In this document: piece after piece, positions 60,992 to 64,000 of the stretch
Numbering within the stretch: position 1 is the stretch's first letter
Layout of the letters: the number at the start of each line of letters is the position of its first letter
Assembly: GCA_964529415.1 (NCBI GenBank)
Contig: CAZGWD010000013.1
Coordinates: 29,466-93,465 of the forward strand
Length of the DNA stretch: 64,000 bases
Source of the DNA: an uncultured Leptospirales bacterium
GTDB taxonomy: Bacteria; Spirochaetota; UBA4802; UBA5550
Reading direction: 5' to 3'
Notes under the pieces: generated by a model
What the model saw: the letters and a program-made list of their open reading frames with translations, nothing else
Databases searched by the model: none
Told to the model about the DNA's origin: nothing
Made by a program: the position numbers and the translations under genes

Positions 60992-61097
60992 TGATTTTCA
61001 CTCTTATAGTGTAGAATGTAAACATATTTTAATTGATTCTAAATTTTTTCAAGAATATTATTTGACCGGAATCAGGTTATAGATTTTTTTTACAGTT

Positions 61098-61937
61098 ATG
61101 GAAAATATCAAATGCATAATTTGCGGAAGAGACGGAAGATATGTTTTCAGCAAACTGTCCGGAAGAGGTGAAATTTATAAGCTGGTTGAATGCTGTAACT
61201 GTTCCCTTGAGTTCATCTCTCCCAGACCTGACACAGACGAAATTCAATCCTATTATGAATCGGATTATTTTTTAAGAAGAACAGAGAGGGGCTATAATAA
61301 TTATTTTTCAGATGATGTCAGAAGTGAAATAGAACGGGTTTTCAAGATGAATTTAGCGGATCTTGGATTTTTTGAATTTGAAGAAAAGCTGAATAAAGGA
61401 AAAAGATGCCTTGATATCGGATGCGCTGCAGGATATTTCGTGAATTTCATGAAAAGCAGAGCATGGGATTCTTCAGGAATTGATGTTTCAGCAGAATGCG
61501 TGGATTTTGGAAAAGCTCTCGGGTTGAATATGACCCGCGGTGATTATCTTGAAGAAAAGTATGATGGAAAATTTGATCTTATAACGCTCTGGGCTTCAAT
61601 TGAGCATCTTCATTATCCGGAAAAATTTATTAAAAAGATTTCAGAGGAGCTTGATGACAACGGCAGGCTTTATATATCAACTTGCAGATCCGGATTTGGT
61701 TTTAAAACAATCTCCGGAAAGAAATGGAGATACTATAATTTTCCTGAGCATCTTTTCTACTTTTCTATTTCCGCTTTAAGAAAATTACTTGAGAAAAACG
61801 GCTTTAAAATTTTAGAATATAAAACCTACGGAAGCGGTTTCGGAAAACCCGGTTCCATAATCAGAAAGATTGCGGATTATGCAGCGAAAAATTTTTATCT
61901 TGGCGACATGATGATCATATCAGCAAGAAAGGTGTGA
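61098..61937 (+). CDS. class I SAM-dependent methyltransferase with N-terminal Zn-ribbon
   Basis: CIICGRDG...CCNCSLEF Zn-ribbon, then motif I CLDIGCAAGYFV and the motif II region GKFDLITLWASIEHL. Confidence 0.75.
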   Translation: MENIKCIICGRDGRYVFSKLSGRGEIYKLVECCNCSLEFISPRPDTDEIQSYYESDYFLRRTERGYNNYFSDDVRSEIERVFKMNLADLGFFEFEEKLNKGKRCLDIGCAAGYFVNFMKSRAWDSSGIDVSAECVDFGKALGLNMTRGDYLEEKYDGKFDLITLWASIEHLHYPEKFIKKISEELDDNGRLYISTCRSGFGFKTISGKKWRYYNFPEHLFYFSISALRKLLEKNGFKILEYKTYGSGFGKPGSIIRKIADYAAKNFYLGDMMIISARKV

Positions 61938-61940
61938 AAT

Positions 61941-62810
61941 ATGATAATAGCAAAAACTATTAAAGAAGCAAGAGCAGAAATACAGAAAGCGAAAAAAAGC
62001 GGAGCAGTTACAGGATTCGTGCCAACCATGGGATATCTGCATCAGGGACATGAAAGTCTTGTGCATATTTCCAGGGAAAAAGCATCCTATAATATTATGA
62101 GCATTTTTGTTAACAGAATTCAGTTCAATGATCCGAAAGATTTCACGGCATACCCTCGTGAATTTGAAAGGGACGCTGCAATCGCAGAAGCTGCAGGTGC
62201 AGATCTTCTGTTCATTCCGGACGAAAGCGAAATGTACACTGACAGACTCACGTATATCGATATGGACATCCTGACTGAAAATCTCTGCGGAGCAAAAAGG
62301 CCAGGGCATTTCAGGGGAGTGTATACTGTTGTAGCAAAACTGTTTAATATCATACAGCCGGATATTGCAGTTTTCGGGCAGAAGGATATACAGCAGGTGG
62401 TAACTCTTGAGAAAATGGTTTATGATCTGAATTTTCCTGTTGAAATAATTATTGCACCGACCATGCGTGAAAAAGACGGGCTTGCAATGAGCTCGCGCAA
62501 TAAATATCTTACGGGCGAAGAGAGAGAAAGAGCAGGCGTGATATACAAGGGCCTCAAGGCTGCAGAGAGCGCTCTTGCTGCAGGTGAAAGAAAAAGTTCT
62601 GAAATTGAAAAAGCTGTTGTGAATGAAATTAAAAAAGGCAATCCCGCTTCAATCGATTATGTGAGCATTGTAAATTATTCACGTCTTGCGCCCACAGAGA
62701 AGATTGATTCAAAATGCGTTCTTGCTGCAGCGGCATTTTTCGGCAAAGCAAGGCTTATTGATAATATGATAATTAATTATACAAATGGTGATGTGAAATG
62801 CGTTTATTGA
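61941..62810 (+). CDS. panC: pantoate--beta-alanine ligase
   Basis: GFVPTMGYLHQGHESLV HIGH-like motif and GQKDIQQ, in a 289-aa protein. Confidence 0.9.
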   Translation: MIIAKTIKEARAEIQKAKKSGAVTGFVPTMGYLHQGHESLVHISREKASYNIMSIFVNRIQFNDPKDFTAYPREFERDAAIAEAAGADLLFIPDESEMYTDRLTYIDMDILTENLCGAKRPGHFRGVYTVVAKLFNIIQPDIAVFGQKDIQQVVTLEKMVYDLNFPVEIIIAPTMREKDGLAMSSRNKYLTGEERERAGVIYKGLKAAESALAAGERKSSEIEKAVVNEIKKGNPASIDYVSIVNYSRLAPTEKIDSKCVLAAAAFFGKARLIDNMIINYTNGDVKCVY

Positions 62811-63247
62811 AATTTATTCTCCTGATGTCTGTTTTTACGGCATGCACTCCTCAGGCTCCTATTACTCCTTCGGATGCTTTTTATGAGTTGAGAAAATCAT
62901 TTAAAAATAATGATTATGATAAAACTATTTCTCTTTTATCAGATGGGAGCATTTCTAAAATTAAAAAAACTTCAGCAATTTTTTCTTCCATGGACGATAC
63001 TTCGCTTAATTCAGCAGCTTCGGCATATGGAATAAATCCTGATAGATTAAAAAAACTTTCAGTTAAGGATTATCTTGCGGTTTATTCCAAGATGGAAAAA
63101 CAGAATGTTCTTCTTGCTGCTTTTGAATGCAGTATTATAGGCATTAATAAATACGGGAGTGAAGCTGTAATCTCTCTTGATAACGGAATGAAACTCAGGT
63201 TTATCAGAACCGGACCTTACTGGAAATTTGATATGACGGAGTTCTAA
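62798..63247 (+). CDS. hypothetical lipoprotein
   Basis: Signal peptide with a lipobox (LLMSVFTACTPQ). It overlaps the panC 3' end by 13 nt. Confidence 0.45.
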   Translation: MRLLKFILLMSVFTACTPQAPITPSDAFYELRKSFKNNDYDKTISLLSDGSISKIKKTSAIFSSMDDTSLNSAASAYGINPDRLKKLSVKDYLAVYSKMEKQNVLLAAFECSIIGINKYGSEAVISLDNGMKLRFIRTGPYWKFDMTEF

Positions 63248-63861
63248 AGAAAATATTTCCTTAGTTCTTCATACACTTCTTCAATTTTAATTTTCTTCCC
63301 GGTAACTTTTTCTAAAGTAGTCATAGCACATCCGCTTATACCGCATGGAATTATATATTGGAAAGTATCAAGGCTGTTGCAGACATTTAAAGCTATTCCG
63401 TGCATGCTTATTCCGCCTGTAAGATCAAATCCTATTGAGCAGATCTTTTCTTCATCTACCCATACACCTGGATTTTTTTTATCGTAACAGGATTTTATAC
63501 AATAGTCTTTTTCAAGGAAAAATATTATCTTATCAATAATACTATTTACAAATTTACCTGCATTTTTTGATTCTACAGGCAGAACAAAATATACAACAAG
63601 CTGTCCAGGTTCATGTGCAGTGATGTCTCCGCCGCGGGTTGAATTTTTAATTTCTATTCCATGCGAGTTAAGATATTTTGCAGATTTCAGGAGGCTGGAA
63701 GTAGATCCCTGTCTGCCGATTGTAATAACAGGAGGAAAGTGTTCGAGAAAAAAAATGCATCCTGTGCTTCTGCTGTTTAATATCTGCAGCCTTTGTTCAG
63801 TTTGCAGTTTAACTGAGTCTTCATAGCTGATTCTGCCTAAGAATTTTATATCAGGCTGCAT
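63244..63861 (-). CDS. lipB: lipoyl(octanoyl) transferase
   Basis: LipB core RGGDITAHEPGQLVVYFVL and the catalytic Cys region IPCGISGCAMTTL. Confidence 0.85.
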   Translation of the reverse strand: MQPDIKFLGRISYEDSVKLQTEQRLQILNSRSTGCIFFLEHFPPVITIGRQGSTSSLLKSAKYLNSHGIEIKNSTRGGDITAHEPGQLVVYFVLPVESKNAGKFVNSIIDKIIFFLEKDYCIKSCYDKKNPGVWVDEEKICSIGFDLTGGISMHGIALNVCNSLDTFQYIIPCGISGCAMTTLEKVTGKKIKIEEVYEELRKYFL

Positions 63862-64000
63862 TAAATTTTAAAGAATGAAACAGCTTTTCGTAACACATCA
63901 GCAAGAGTTGAAACATTTGTTGCTCCTACTGAAAGCTCTTCAGAGCCGGATGCATTAGCCTGCGTCAATTCGTTTATACTGCTGATTGACCGTACTATTT
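63861..64000 (-). CDS. methyl-accepting chemotaxis protein, C-terminal fragment (5' end outside window)
   Basis: The minus-strand open frame to the window edge translates to ...SINELTQANASGSEELSVGATNVSTLADVLRKAVSFFKI*. This is typical of MCP signalling-domain C-termini. Its stop codon shares 1 nt with the lipB start codon. It is not in the ORF track because no start codon lies in the window. Confidence 0.45.
   Translation of the reverse strand, partial: IVRSISSINELTQANASGSEELSVGATNVSTLADVLRKAVSFFKI

Overview
This is a 64 kb stretch of low-GC bacterial chromosome, mostly coding (about 65 genes), and I cannot place the organism from the sequence alone. The recognisable housekeeping genes are queC, a comF-like gene, a polyprenyl synthase, pssA-like, moaC, groES and groEL behind a CIRCE-type operator, dapF, tadA, def-fmt, recQ, dnaE, panC and lipB. 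Mixed in are many hypothetical genes and an unusually dense set of partner-switching and two-component signalling genes. The most interesting block is 41.3–53.6 kb. It holds CheY, CheX, a membrane-bound CheA-like kinase (Hpt+HATPase, no CheW domain) and four membrane PP2C phosphatases, three of which share one distinctive 6-TM sensor domain with the kinase. It also holds a four-gene cassette with the siaA-siaB-siaC-siaD gene order (membrane PP2C, RsbW-like kinase, DUF1987-like target), but a SAM-methyltransferase-domain protein sits in the SiaD output position instead of a diguanylate cyclase. A second candidate novel module at 14.5–18.4 kb is a STAS–HATPase fusion, a DUF4325-like/wHTH protein and three translationally coupled unknown proteins. 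Other oddities are two copies of a GC-hairpin inverted-repeat element (4.2 kb and 24.3 kb, the latter nested in a 19-bp perfect TIR), an intergenic region with mutually exclusive long pairings (25.4–25.6 kb), a purine/pyrimidine long imperfect hairpin (7.4–7.6 kb), an HNH nuclease gene overlapping an 819-aa unknown protein, an AceK-like protein, and a hicBA pair. I found no rRNA or tRNA genes, no CRISPR array and no obvious prophage. The window ends are partial genes: an alpha/beta hydrolase at the 5' end and a methyl-accepting chemotaxis protein C-terminus (minus strand) at the 3' end.
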